58,998 nt of DNA, taken from positions 1-58,998 of the IMG/VR virus record IMGVR_UViG_3300032295_004123; one strand, given 5' to 3'. A model generated the notes under the pieces. The model had not been told where the DNA came from. It did no database searches and saw only the letters and a program-made list of their open reading frames with translations. Position numbers and translations under genes: made by a program. This document shows, piece after piece, positions 48,822-57,310 of this stretch; the first letter of the stretch is position 1, and every line of letters begins with the position of its first letter. The DNA is from a virus (Duplodnaviria; Caudoviricetes).

Positions 48822-49124
48822 ATGAGTGAAAAACGAGGAAACACAGTTAAATTAATTTATGATTTTGAAACTAGTTGTTGTGAAGTTAAACTTAGTAATG
48901 AAATTTGGTACAGAGTTACCGCTAGAGAATTTCGAAGTTTTGATGGCGAAAGACGTTTAATCAGTTATAATAATTCCAATGAACCAATCTACACACCATA
49001 CACTGGCCCAGTCTACCTTTATAAGACAAATCTTGTGGTGGCACGAAAAAATTCAAATCAAGTTAGGTTTGAAGCAGATACCGACCCCAGACAAAATCAA
49101 CAATCCACCTCAAGATTTTATTAA
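48822..49124 (+). CDS. Hypothetical protein
   Basis: WYRVTAREFRSFDG ORF. Confidence 0.55.
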   Translation: MSEKRGNTVKLIYDFETSCCEVKLSNEIWYRVTAREFRSFDGERRLISYNNSNEPIYTPYTGPVYLYKTNLVVARKNSNQVRFEADTDPRQNQQSTSRFY

Positions 49125-49254
49125 AGCTAGAACTGTTTACCCCCCTAATTGGGAAGCGAGGCAGAAAATGAGTCTTAAAGAAAAATGTGATTACTTTAAT
49201 AGTTGGGCACAAAAGTTATAGTATTTATGGATGACATTTTTGAAGACTTTATAG

Positions 49255-49437
49255 ATGAAGAAGATTCCCAACAAAAGGAGAAGCACCGAAGAGGGTCATA
49301 TGGCAGCTTTAGTGAGGAGGAAGATGATTACTAAAAATCATGGTAATCTCAAAGAGTATAAAAGAAAAAATAAACATTATAAGGGTTGGGATTCCAACCC
49401 TTCTTTAACTAGATTTGGTTTATTGGAAAATTTTTAG
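49255..49437 (+). CDS. Small basic protein, ArfA/BrfA-like ribosome rescue factor candidate
   Basis: YKRKNKH matches the ArfA YxRKxKH motif; terminator-like hairpin inside the 3' coding region. Confidence 0.45.
   Translation: MKKIPNKRRSTEEGHMAALVRRKMITKNHGNLKEYKRKNKHYKGWDSNPSLTRFGLLENF
49381..49406 (+). terminator. Intrinsic terminator-like hairpin within the ORF
   Basis: AAGGGTTGG-gatt-CCAACCCTT-cttt. Confidence 0.65.
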
Positions 49438-49445
49438 TAATTTTA
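49414..49445 (+). promoter_or_regulatory. Early promoter variant
   Basis: TTTG-N20-TAATTTTA. Confidence 0.55.
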
Positions 49446-49454
49446 CCCCATAAT

Positions 49455-49643
49455 ATGATTAATGAAGTAAAATATAAGCTAGAAGAAGCTATTGAAGACC
49501 AAAAGTTAGAGCTTCTTTACCCTTCAAGAGAATACTCTGAAGGTGAAATAGTTTACTTAAAAGGTTATATTGAAGGTTTAACGGCTGCATTAGAAGAAAT
49601 ATCAGATTTTGATCCATTTAAATTTCCCCTTAATTACAACTAA
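49455..49643 (+). CDS. Hypothetical protein
   Basis: ORF after promoter. Confidence 0.55.
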   Translation: MINEVKYKLEEAIEDQKLELLYPSREYSEGEIVYLKGYIEGLTAALEEISDFDPFKFPLNYN

Positions 49644-50047
49644 CATGATAAGATTATCTAAAACAACTCAAACCTACATCATTCACTCCGAAACTGATGA
49701 TTTGTACTATACTTTGGTACATGAAATAGATCATGATGATTGTGAAGAGGAGTATATTACTATTACAGACGAAAATGAGTTTGAAGTAGAAAATGATGAA
49801 CTTTTTGAAGAGCTATGTGATTTATGGGAAAAACATTTAAAAACCTCAAGTGAAATTCAGATATGAGTGAAATTGAAAAGATAATGTATAAAGCTTATAA
49901 AAAGGGAATTCAACAACGAGTTTTTGCTTTATCTCAACAGTTAATAATAGATCATCCAAAAATGGATCATGTTGAAAGAATTGAAACTGCTTACAAAATT
50001 GCTAAAAAAGAAATCAAAAATAACTAACCTCTAATTTTTAACCAGTT

Positions 50048-50734
50048 ATGATCGAAACTTACAAAAACCAAGAACTCGAGAATGTCATTTTTGACATTGA
50101 AAGTCAAGATGAATGGAAGGACATCGTCGCAGAGTTAGGCCTGGGCAATCAGATGTCTTTTATGGAAAAGGCTAGCTCCCCGCTTCCTTATCCTCACCTC
50201 AATCAATCAATGAAGAACATCTTCAAAACTCTTTGTCCAGCTGAAACAACTTTAGACAAGTACAACAAGACTCCAATCCCGTTGGAGGTGTTGAGAGAGA
50301 TCAAGTTCTGCAATCAAGAGAAGTACTTCGATAAGATTGTTATCTACTACGACGATAAGAATCCTGACCCGGTGGTGATCGGCTCTCTAAAGAAGTATCA
50401 AGCTTACTACAAAAACTCAGAAGGAGAGTCTAACTCTACAGCCTACGAGTTCTCATCTGAAGCTCAAGCTAAAGAGTATGTAGAAATAATTGGAGGTAAG
50501 ACTACCAACGTTTTTTCAGAGGTAAATGAGTACTTGATTGCTCGATGGGGGGATGAACTGCGTCCTATGAGTGAGCTTAAGAAGATGGCTATCGAACGTT
50601 TAGCGGATAAGTACACGACTGAGTGGAAACTAGCTATGGAAGATCTGAAAAAGAAGCTTGCCAATGCAGAAGATACGGTTAAGCGCTTTATTAATGCTGA
50701 GATCTCAGAATGGGATTTGAGAAAAAATTTATAA
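50048..50734 (+). CDS. Hypothetical protein
   Basis: 228-aa ORF with visibly more G/C-ending codons than its neighbours. Confidence 0.7.
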   Translation: MIETYKNQELENVIFDIESQDEWKDIVAELGLGNQMSFMEKASSPLPYPHLNQSMKNIFKTLCPAETTLDKYNKTPIPLEVLREIKFCNQEKYFDKIVIYYDDKNPDPVVIGSLKKYQAYYKNSEGESNSTAYEFSSEAQAKEYVEIIGGKTTNVFSEVNEYLIARWGDELRPMSELKKMAIERLADKYTTEWKLAMEDLKKKLANAEDTVKRFINAEISEWDLRKNL

Positions 50735-50744
50735 TAATAAAAAT

Positions 50745-51005
50745 ATGACACTAACAACATTTATTATAAGTTTACTTTGGATATTAACTTTGATAATAGC
50801 ATTTTCTTTATTTTTACAAATAATTATGCTTAAAGAGCGAATTTTAGTACTTAAGGAAAATCAAAAATTCTTGGACCAACAAATTAGTGATTTAGGAAAA
50901 CAGGTACATAAAAATCAATATAATATTGAACATATCCAAAACTCGGAATATATTCAAAACCTAAACCAACAGGCATCTGTCTCAAAACAACTTATTAAAG
51001 GATAA
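50745..51005 (+). CDS. Membrane-anchored coiled-coil protein
   Basis: N-terminal TM helix followed by heptads. Confidence 0.55.
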   Translation: MTLTTFIISLLWILTLIIAFSLFLQIIMLKERILVLKENQKFLDQQISDLGKQVHKNQYNIEHIQNSEYIQNLNQQASVSKQLIKG

Positions 51006-51194
51006 TGGAACAAGTTCGTGAAATGCTCAATAAGTATGAGTATTATCTCAATCAAGGGATGATTGTATTAGCTATGGAATACAAGCATCGTGCTGATATG
51101 TTAATGGCTAAATTAGAAGCGTAATGGTATTTTTAGGAATTATTATCGCACTGTTGTTGATTGAGATCTTAGCTGAGATTAAACGTCAACGGAA

Positions 51195-51407
51195 ATGAAA
51201 CAGACAGCAGTAGAGTGGCAACACATTGAGTTATCAAAATTTCTTTATGGAAAATCAGAATTTACAGACGCAAATGATATTCTAATTAAAGCCAAAGCAA
51301 TGGAGAAGGAGCAGATTGTAAATTCCTATACTTCCAATTCGATGATACGCACCAACTCTAAGGCAGAAAAATACTACAACGAAACCTTTAACACCAACGA
51401 GAAATGA
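51195..51407 (+). CDS. MKQTAVEW-family small protein
   Basis: Shares MKQTAVEW, AKxMExExI and NETF with 51980 ORF. Confidence 0.65.
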   Translation: MKQTAVEWQHIELSKFLYGKSEFTDANDILIKAKAMEKEQIVNSYTSNSMIRTNSKAEKYYNETFNTNEK

Positions 51408-51532
51408 AAACAAAACAACAAAGTAACTATGGTGACATTGAAGAAGACCTATCACAAAAGGCATTAGCAGTATTTTTCCTAATTGGATTAGTAATTGCAT
51501 TAGTTCCTTTATTAGTATTAATAAACCTTTAA
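51404..51532 (+). CDS. 42-aa membrane peptide between repeats (not in the ORF track)
   Basis: MKTKQQ..ALAVFFLIGLVIALVPLLVLINL; start and stop both lie in repeats. Confidence 0.6.
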   Translation: MKTKQQSNYGDIEEDLSQKALAVFFLIGLVIALVPLLVLINL

Positions 51533-51544
51533 CACCAACGAGAA

Positions 51545-51772
51545 ATGAAAACACTAACATTTGTAATTGCAGACCGCCTGGATGAATTAGCTGGAGAGTG
51601 GTCTAAACACACCCCACAGTGCGAGGCATTGATGATGGCGGCGAAAGAAGTTGCGACCTTCGAGCAAGAAGAAAAAGAAAGAATGGTTGACTTCGCATAC
51701 AAGTACGGGAACTTGACCCTTCAACAGATTTCTGATGCTTTTGATAACGAGTACAAAAACGAGAATCTTTAA
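51545..51772 (+). CDS. Cassette hypothetical protein
   Basis: Start and stop within repeat copies. Confidence 0.65.
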   Translation: MKTLTFVIADRLDELAGEWSKHTPQCEALMMAAKEVATFEQEEKERMVDFAYKYGNLTLQQISDAFDNEYKNENL

Positions 51773-51784
51773 CACTAAAGAGAA

Positions 51785-51967
51785 ATGAAAAAAATGTATG
51801 AAAAAGAGCTAACTGCAATTAAAGATAACATTGTAGGCGCTACTATATTAAGCATTGAACACAACGAAAACGCTGATGAAGGAATGATATTAACTCTAGA
51901 CACTGGAGTTAAAGTAGAATTTGGATGGAGCGGTTGGTACGGATGGTGTAAAGTATTAACAGTTTAA
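51785..51967 (+). CDS. Cassette hypothetical protein
   Basis: Start and stop within repeat copies. Confidence 0.65.
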   Translation: MKKMYEKELTAIKDNIVGATILSIEHNENADEGMILTLDTGVKVEFGWSGWYGWCKVLTV

Positions 51968-51979
51968 CATTAACGAGAA

Positions 51980-52714
51980 ATGAAACAGACAGCAGTAGAA
52001 TGGTTGATTGAAAAACAACTTGATGCAGGTATTGGATTGCCAAAAGAATGGCGTGAACAAGCCAAAGAAATGGAAAGAGAGTTAATTAAAGAGTCTTGTA
52101 CTATGGCTATTATGCAATGGCACAAATGGGATAAGACAAACTATTTAGATAAGTATGACCATAAAATAGAAGGTGCTGAAATATGGTCAGAAGATTATGT
52201 TAAAGAATTGTACGGAGAGATTGAAGTTCCTGAATTAAATAAAGTAATGGAACTATTTAACGATTATACTTCGTACTGCCAATACGTTAAAGAGGAATGG
52301 AATGACGGTTACATCAATGAGCTTTTTGAAAGTGGTTATATAGTTGAAAAGGAATATATTGGTGAATACGAATGTGCTTCAAGAGATATTGAATACAGAA
52401 TGCTTACCGAAAGTGAATTTAACGAAACCTTTAGCACAGAAGAGCAAATGACACGAGAAGAAAAATTAGAAACAATAGTAAAGCTATTCGCAAAAAGTAT
52501 GTTTTACGGTGATTGGAAATGGGAAACTCCAAACGAAAGAGTTATCACTATGCTAATGCAAGAGGTTGGTATGTACCCGTTTAAAGACGAGGATGATATG
52601 ATTTCTAAAACTCCAGTAAACGACGAGTTGTATAAAAAGGTAATTAAGGAAATACCACCCAGACAAGCTAAAGGTTGGGATGAAAGTGTATCATATAAAG
52701 CCAGCGAGGAATGA
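51980..52714 (+). CDS. MKQTAVEW-family protein, apparent fusion of two cassettes
   Basis: Internal degenerate repeat reads NETFSTEEQ-M157. Confidence 0.65.
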   Translation: MKQTAVEWLIEKQLDAGIGLPKEWREQAKEMERELIKESCTMAIMQWHKWDKTNYLDKYDHKIEGAEIWSEDYVKELYGEIEVPELNKVMELFNDYTSYCQYVKEEWNDGYINELFESGYIVEKEYIGEYECASRDIEYRMLTESEFNETFSTEEQMTREEKLETIVKLFAKSMFYGDWKWETPNERVITMLMQEVGMYPFKDEDDMISKTPVNDELYKKVIKEIPPRQAKGWDESVSYKASEE

Positions 52715-52920
52715 AAGCAAAAGAAAAAGCAGAGGAATTAGTAAGAAAATATTACACCTTTGGAATTAATAAAGAAGGTCAAACATTAAGTTGGAATGAA
52801 TGTAAGCAATGTGCATTGGTTGCAGTTGATGAGGTATTGAATGAAGAAAATCATTTTATTCAAACAGATGCACATTTTTTATATTGGGAGGAAGTAAAAC
52901 AAGAAATTGAAAACCTTTAA
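52711..52920 (+). CDS. Cassette hypothetical protein
   Basis: KEKAEELV..CALVAVDEVL..YWEEVKQEIENL; stop lies in the repeat. Confidence 0.65.
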   Translation: MKAKEKAEELVRKYYTFGINKEGQTLSWNECKQCALVAVDEVLNEENHFIQTDAHFLYWEEVKQEIENL

Positions 52921-52932
52921 CACCAACGAGAA

Positions 52933-53016
52933 ATGATACTAATGGCAGCTTGTTTAATCTCAATACCTCTCTGGATAATAGCGGATATGTTGAGACAATT
53001 AGTTAATAAGAAATGA
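52933..53016 (+). CDS. 27-aa hydrophobic peptide (not in the ORF track)
   Basis: Starts at the repeat ATG; ATGA overlap with the phosphoesterase. Confidence 0.45.
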   Translation: MILMAACLISIPLWIIADMLRQLVNKK

Positions 53017-53747
53017 AAACAGTCTTCCTAGGAGATACACACGGTCGTTCCATTTGGAAAGATATTATCAAAGCAGAAAACCCTGACCGGGTTATCTTCT
53101 GGGGAGATTACTTTGATTCATTTGATATCCCAGGTGTATCTCAGATCCGTAACTTCAAAGACATTATCGAGTTCAAAGAGAACACCGATAAGGAAGTTAT
53201 CATGTTGATTGGTAATCACGATCACCATTACATGGATGCTGGTGAGACTTACAGCGGTCACCAAGCAGCATTGCATTGGGATATTCACGATTTATTAAAG
53301 CAAAATAAACACCACTTACAGGTTGCTTATCAACTCGATAATATAATCTGCACTCATGCAGGTTTGAGTCCTGTATGGCTAAGTTATTGCTTACCAGGTT
53401 GGCAACATGAAAATGTAGTTGAACTGGTAAATGATCTGTTTACCTATCACCCACAACGATTCAATTTTAGTCAAGCTGGTTGGGATCCTTACGGTGATGA
53501 TGAATCACAAGGTCCATTTTGGATTCGCCCTAGAGCTTTAATGAAAGCTAATAAGGGTAAAGGAGGATTTAAGAAGAACTATATTCAAATAGTAGGACAT
53601 ACTCAAGTAACAAATATTTTTGATTCATTTGAAACTACTAAAAAATCAATGGGTGCTAAATATTATTTAATTGACGCTCAAGAAACCAATGGTTATGTTG
53701 TCTATCAAGATGGACAATTGATACCCTCTGTAATTGATATTATGTAA
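53013..53747 (+). CDS. Calcineurin-like metallophosphoesterase
   Basis: GDTHG, GDYFD, GNHD, THAG, GHT. Confidence 0.9.
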   Translation: MKTVFLGDTHGRSIWKDIIKAENPDRVIFWGDYFDSFDIPGVSQIRNFKDIIEFKENTDKEVIMLIGNHDHHYMDAGETYSGHQAALHWDIHDLLKQNKHHLQVAYQLDNIICTHAGLSPVWLSYCLPGWQHENVVELVNDLFTYHPQRFNFSQAGWDPYGDDESQGPFWIRPRALMKANKGKGGFKKNYIQIVGHTQVTNIFDSFETTKKSMGAKYYLIDAQETNGYVVYQDGQLIPSVIDIM

Positions 53748-53750
53748 GTT

Positions 53751-54221
53751 ATGAATAGATTAATGTATTTAAAAGCATTTTGCTCGCCATTCAAGCGACC
53801 TTCCCTCAGATGGTACTTTGGGAAGATCGCTATTGGTGTGCCTTATTTTTTACCTCGTAAGTGGATAAAGAATCCTACTCAACCAGGATATAGAATATCT
53901 GTGCCTAGAAAAGTTGGATTCGATCATTGCAGTTTAGGATGGAAAACAAAATGGACTGAGACAGATTATCGCTACGAATACTCTCCAGTTTTGTCGTTTG
54001 TGTTTTTTAAATGGCAGATTGCAGTTACAGTTTGGACTTCACACCCTGACCCTTACTGGACAGCATTCTTGTTTTACACCTACAAGACCAAAGGAACTAA
54101 GCGTGAACGTATTGAGCAATGTAAGAAAGAGTTTCCCCTTATGTTTACTAGTTATAAACCAGGTAAACCAAAGCAGAAAATAAACTATTATGATATTATC
54201 TTAAAAGAAAAATATAAATAG
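53751..54221 (+). CDS. Hypothetical protein
   Basis: 156-aa basic, aromatic-rich ORF. Confidence 0.6.
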   Translation: MNRLMYLKAFCSPFKRPSLRWYFGKIAIGVPYFLPRKWIKNPTQPGYRISVPRKVGFDHCSLGWKTKWTETDYRYEYSPVLSFVFFKWQIAVTVWTSHPDPYWTAFLFYTYKTKGTKRERIEQCKKEFPLMFTSYKPGKPKQKINYYDIILKEKYK

Positions 54222-54222
54222 G

Positions 54223-54254
54223 TTTGGTTATCTGAAAAATAGTTCATATCTTTA
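54223..54254 (+). promoter_or_regulatory. Early promoter variant
   Basis: TTTG-N20-TATCTTTA. Confidence 0.65.
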
Positions 54255-54278
54255 GACATAATTATAAAAAATAAGGTT

Positions 54279-54566
54279 ATGAAGTTATTCGAATTGAAAG
54301 ATAAAAACAACAAATCAACTGATTTATTTAAAATTGAAGACTTTACTTCAGTAAAGGAAGTTTTTGATCTATTACATAAGCATTTTAATATGACAGTAAT
54401 TGACGAGTCTGATTCTCTTTATACTGACGAAAAAGAAGGCAGTTTTAATTACGTTTATGTAGCAGATGACGGTTTTTGTCGATTTGTAGAATCTTTAACT
54501 GAATTCAGTGAGAATTATCAGAGTGAAGAAGATTGGCAAGTACATAGTTCAGTTGAAGTAAAATAA
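54279..54566 (+). CDS. Hypothetical early protein
   Basis: Own promoter and aaaaataaggtt leader. Confidence 0.6.
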   Translation: MKLFELKDKNNKSTDLFKIEDFTSVKEVFDLLHKHFNMTVIDESDSLYTDEKEGSFNYVYVADDGFCRFVESLTEFSENYQSEEDWQVHSSVEVK

Positions 54567-54626
54567 AAGAATAGATTTATCAAAGAATAGTTCGTATATT
54601 TACGTATAATAAAAAATAAAAAGGTT

Positions 54627-54818
54627 ATGTTTGAAGAGATTCAAGAGTCACACAATGTCTATTTGGACACAGCTTTCGAGGGTGTAGTAAAGTCAATTTG
54701 TCTGGAATTAAATAGAGATCAGGAGTTTACTTTTGATCAGATAAAGGCTTACTTGAAGTTGAAGTTGGATTTAGAGTTAGAGTCTTTTAAAAAAGATTGG
54801 GTAGGAGAGGACGAATAA
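54627..54818 (+). CDS. Hypothetical early protein
   Basis: Preceded by TATATTTA (54595). Confidence 0.6.
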   Translation: MFEEIQESHNVYLDTAFEGVVKSICLELNRDQEFTFDQIKAYLKLKLDLELESFKKDWVGEDE

Positions 54819-54829
54819 TCCTCTCTTAC
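54801..54829 (+). terminator. Hairpin at gene end, possible terminator
   Basis: GTAGGAGAGGA-cgaataa-TCCTCTCTTAC, 11 bp with one G-U pair; weak U tract. Confidence 0.5.
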
Positions 54830-54840
54830 TTAAAATAAAA

Positions 54841-54872
54841 GTTGGTTCGTATTAACTTAGTTAGTATATTTA
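54841..54872 (+). promoter_or_regulatory. Early promoter variant
   Basis: GTTG-N20-TATATTTA. Confidence 0.55.
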
Positions 54873-54917
54873 GGTATAATTAAAAACAACAGAATAATTT
54901 AATTTATTTTGGATAAT

Positions 54918-55223
54918 ATGGCAAAGCGACTAACTCGAGACCAAAAGAAAGATAAGGCACTCAAAGACCTTATCAATCAAATGTTTGTAATTGCAGGTCA
55001 CAATGTTACCTATGATGATATTCTAGGCGTAGAAAAATGGTACCAGAAATACACAATGACTGTTGAGCAAGGGGAGGAATTTAAGAAATGGGGTAAAAAA
55101 TACCTTATGAAAAATCTTCAAATGCGAGCAGCAGCTGCTGAAAAAGAGATGATGTGGTTTAATGTGATGTGGGGTTTGGCTTATTCAAACTATGAAGAAT
55201 ATTATAACCTAAATAAAAAATGA
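54918..55223 (+). CDS. Hypothetical protein
   Basis: ATG at 54918 preferred. Confidence 0.6.
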   Translation: MAKRLTRDQKKDKALKDLINQMFVIAGHNVTYDDILGVEKWYQKYTMTVEQGEEFKKWGKKYLMKNLQMRAAAAEKEMMWFNVMWGLAYSNYEEYYNLNKK

Positions 55224-55373
55224 AAATAGAGCGTTACGAACAATCCTACGAGTTTGTTGTTATACCTTGTATCAAATTTGTTTACGATAAGATCCTATTT
55301 GGTTATTACTGTGTAGATTTCATTTGGGGTCGTTGGGGTTTTTGTATATCTTGGGGACATAAATAAAAATATT

Positions 55374-55625
55374 ATGACTGAAGAAATTTTTGAAAAATTG
55401 GGTTTTGAGAAAGTAGTAGTAACAATAGAAGAATCAGGACATGACACTGATTTCTATTACTACACTCTAGATATTGGTGACATCTGTATTATGTCAAACT
55501 CAGATGATGAAGCAGCTAAAAATGGTTGGGAAGCCTATATTTTTGATTCTTTAACTCTGAAGGTTAAAGGTGCTGGTGATCTAGAAGATTTGGTTCGTAT
55601 TATTCGAAACAATACCAATGTATAA
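55374..55625 (+). CDS. Hypothetical protein
   Basis: 83-aa acidic ORF. Confidence 0.55.
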   Translation: MTEEIFEKLGFEKVVVTIEESGHDTDFYYYTLDIGDICIMSNSDDEAAKNGWEAYIFDSLTLKVKGAGDLEDLVRIIRNNTNV

Positions 55626-55770
55626 AGATATAACTAAACAAGAAGACTGGGTTGTGGTGGAAACACCTAACCTGATTCCTCACTATTTTACAACATTTGA
55701 AGAAGCACTTAAATGCTCCACTAAAGGTCATTTAATGACTGAAACTTTTTACAAATATCATTATAAATGA

Positions 55771-55802
55771 TTTGGTTGCTCTAAAAATAATTTGTAAATT
55801 TA
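55771..55802 (+). promoter_or_regulatory. Early promoter variant
   Basis: TTTG-N20-TAAATTTA. Confidence 0.55.
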
Positions 55803-55882
55803 ACCAAAAGTTAAAAAGCCAATGAAACCCATTATTGTCATTTTAGGAACTATTCTAGCAATATTCTTATTAGCTTTAGGTT

Positions 55883-56074
55883 ATGCCTCTAAAAAATAAT
55901 CTTACCCCCGAATTAATTTCAGAACTCAAATCCTCTCTTACTGAAGGATTAGATTCAGCTATGCAATTAATTCCTAGGGAAAAGTCACTTCATTTCTCAA
56001 CTTATATTTTATTGATTGAGAGAGAACTTTTTAAATCTTTAGATAAACGTATTGGTGCCCTTACCAAAAAATAA
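55883..56074 (+). CDS. Hypothetical protein
   Basis: Short ORF. Confidence 0.45.
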   Translation: MPLKNNLTPELISELKSSLTEGLDSAMQLIPREKSLHFSTYILLIERELFKSLDKRIGALTKK

Positions 56075-56108
56075 AAAAACCTAACACCGGTTTAGTATTT
56101 AGGATAAT

Positions 56109-56137
56109 AGGTGGTTTTGTTAGGTTCCACCTTTTTT
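56109..56137 (+). terminator. Intrinsic terminator-like hairpin with 12-nt loop
   Basis: AGGTGG-ttttgttaggtt-CCACCT-TTTTT. Confidence 0.55.
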
Positions 56138-56151
56138 AAAATAAATTTAGT

Positions 56152-56403
56152 ATGAAAGCTGTAACTACTCGTGGTAATATCAAAGTAAATGATATTAAAA
56201 TTGGAGACATTCATTATGAATTCCAATATGGTTATAAAGTAATAGTAGAAGTAATTAGTTTGCCCGAAAGAGATATTAATGGTTTGTGGGAGTGGAAAAG
56301 TAAAGTATTGGAGACTGGGGAAATAGTTAATTATTCTACTCATGAAGATTATCCTCAATACTCTCCTAAACTTTATGATTACGAAGCTTATATAACAATT
56401 TGA
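56152..56403 (+). CDS. Hypothetical protein
   Basis: 83-aa ORF. Confidence 0.6.
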   Translation: MKAVTTRGNIKVNDIKIGDIHYEFQYGYKVIVEVISLPERDINGLWEWKSKVLETGEIVNYSTHEDYPQYSPKLYDYEAYITI

Positions 56404-56435
56404 TTTGGAAGATTGAAACATGTTTCGTATCTTTA
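56404..56435 (+). promoter_or_regulatory. Early promoter variant
   Basis: TTTG-N20-TATCTTTA. Confidence 0.65.
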
Positions 56436-56459
56436 TATAAGAAATTAAAAATAAAGGTT

Positions 56460-56723
56460 ATGACAATTCTAGAAATTCGCTCACTAGCATCTGATGGTAA
56501 AATCTTCTCTGTAGAATTTATCAAAAAAGATGGTAGCATTCGTAAAATGAAAGCTCGTTTAGGAGTAGTTAATCATCTTAGAGGAGGTAATTTAGCATAT
56601 AATGCTGAAGCTAAAAACCTTCTACCTGTATTTGATATGGAGAAATTTGAGTATAGAATGATTAATGTCTCCACTATTAGAAAAATTAAAATTAAGAGTA
56701 AAGTATTTACTTTTAGTAATTAA
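56460..56723 (+). CDS. SH3/Sm-like (WYL_2-type) beta-barrel protein
   Basis: FSVEFIKKDGSIRKM...VFDMEKFEYRMI; ATG at 56460 preferred. Confidence 0.65.
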   Translation: MTILEIRSLASDGKIFSVEFIKKDGSIRKMKARLGVVNHLRGGNLAYNAEAKNLLPVFDMEKFEYRMINVSTIRKIKIKSKVFTFSN

Positions 56724-56752
56724 GTCTTGATAATCTCTTTATATTTATCACC

Positions 56753-57139
56753 ATGAAAGGTAATTTTGATATAACAGAGTTTATTTACAAAAATAGAAGA
56801 ATTAATTTACTTAACGAAATTAGGGTATCAGCAATGTTACCTTCATTAGACGATTATTTAGCATATTCAAATATAGGAGATTCATTCACAACTTCTAATG
56901 GGTTAGTTAGATTAAAACTAGCTAACATACCTCGAAGCATCCATTCATTCACAATCCCAGAGTATGGTGCGATTCCTGCTAAGGTATTTACAGTAGAATA
57001 TTTAGAGGATTTACCTAATCAAAACCCAGACCAATTTCTTCGCCCTTTAGGTAGAAATAAATATGTTCTAGAAATTGGATCAACTTATGACTATAAGTAT
57101 TTAGTTGAGTTTATAAATCAAATAGAGAATCTACCTTAA
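56753..57139 (+). CDS. Late protein with LLNEIR motif
   Basis: ATATTTAT just upstream; NLLNEIRV. Confidence 0.55.
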   Translation: MKGNFDITEFIYKNRRINLLNEIRVSAMLPSLDDYLAYSNIGDSFTTSNGLVRLKLANIPRSIHSFTIPEYGAIPAKVFTVEYLEDLPNQNPDQFLRPLGRNKYVLEIGSTYDYKYLVEFINQIENLP

Positions 57140-57310
57140 GCTTAAACCTCCACAAATATACAATCTTTATGATACAACTGACTAACTTAGGTTGGGCGTT
57201 GCTTGGTTTTACTTTTTGGTGTATAGGATTTTATACACAAAACATTCTAGCATTTTTATTATTCGGAATGTGTTTTGGTAAAATAATAATTAAAAAACAA
57301 AATTAAGGTT

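Larger units (their letters stand above)
51382..52935 (+). repeat. Dispersed 25-nt gene-junction direct repeat AAACCTTTAACACCAACGAGAAATG (6 copies)
   Basis: Exact at 51382, 51523, 52911; variants at 51763 (21/25), 51963 (18/20), 52425 (degenerate, +1 nt); each ends on an ATG. Confidence 0.9.

Noticed and set aside
51382-52935. CRISPR array interpretation of the 25-nt repeats
   Set aside because: Intervals are 116 to over 400 nt, unequal and fully protein-coding; the repeat is non-palindromic; no cas1/cas2 nearby
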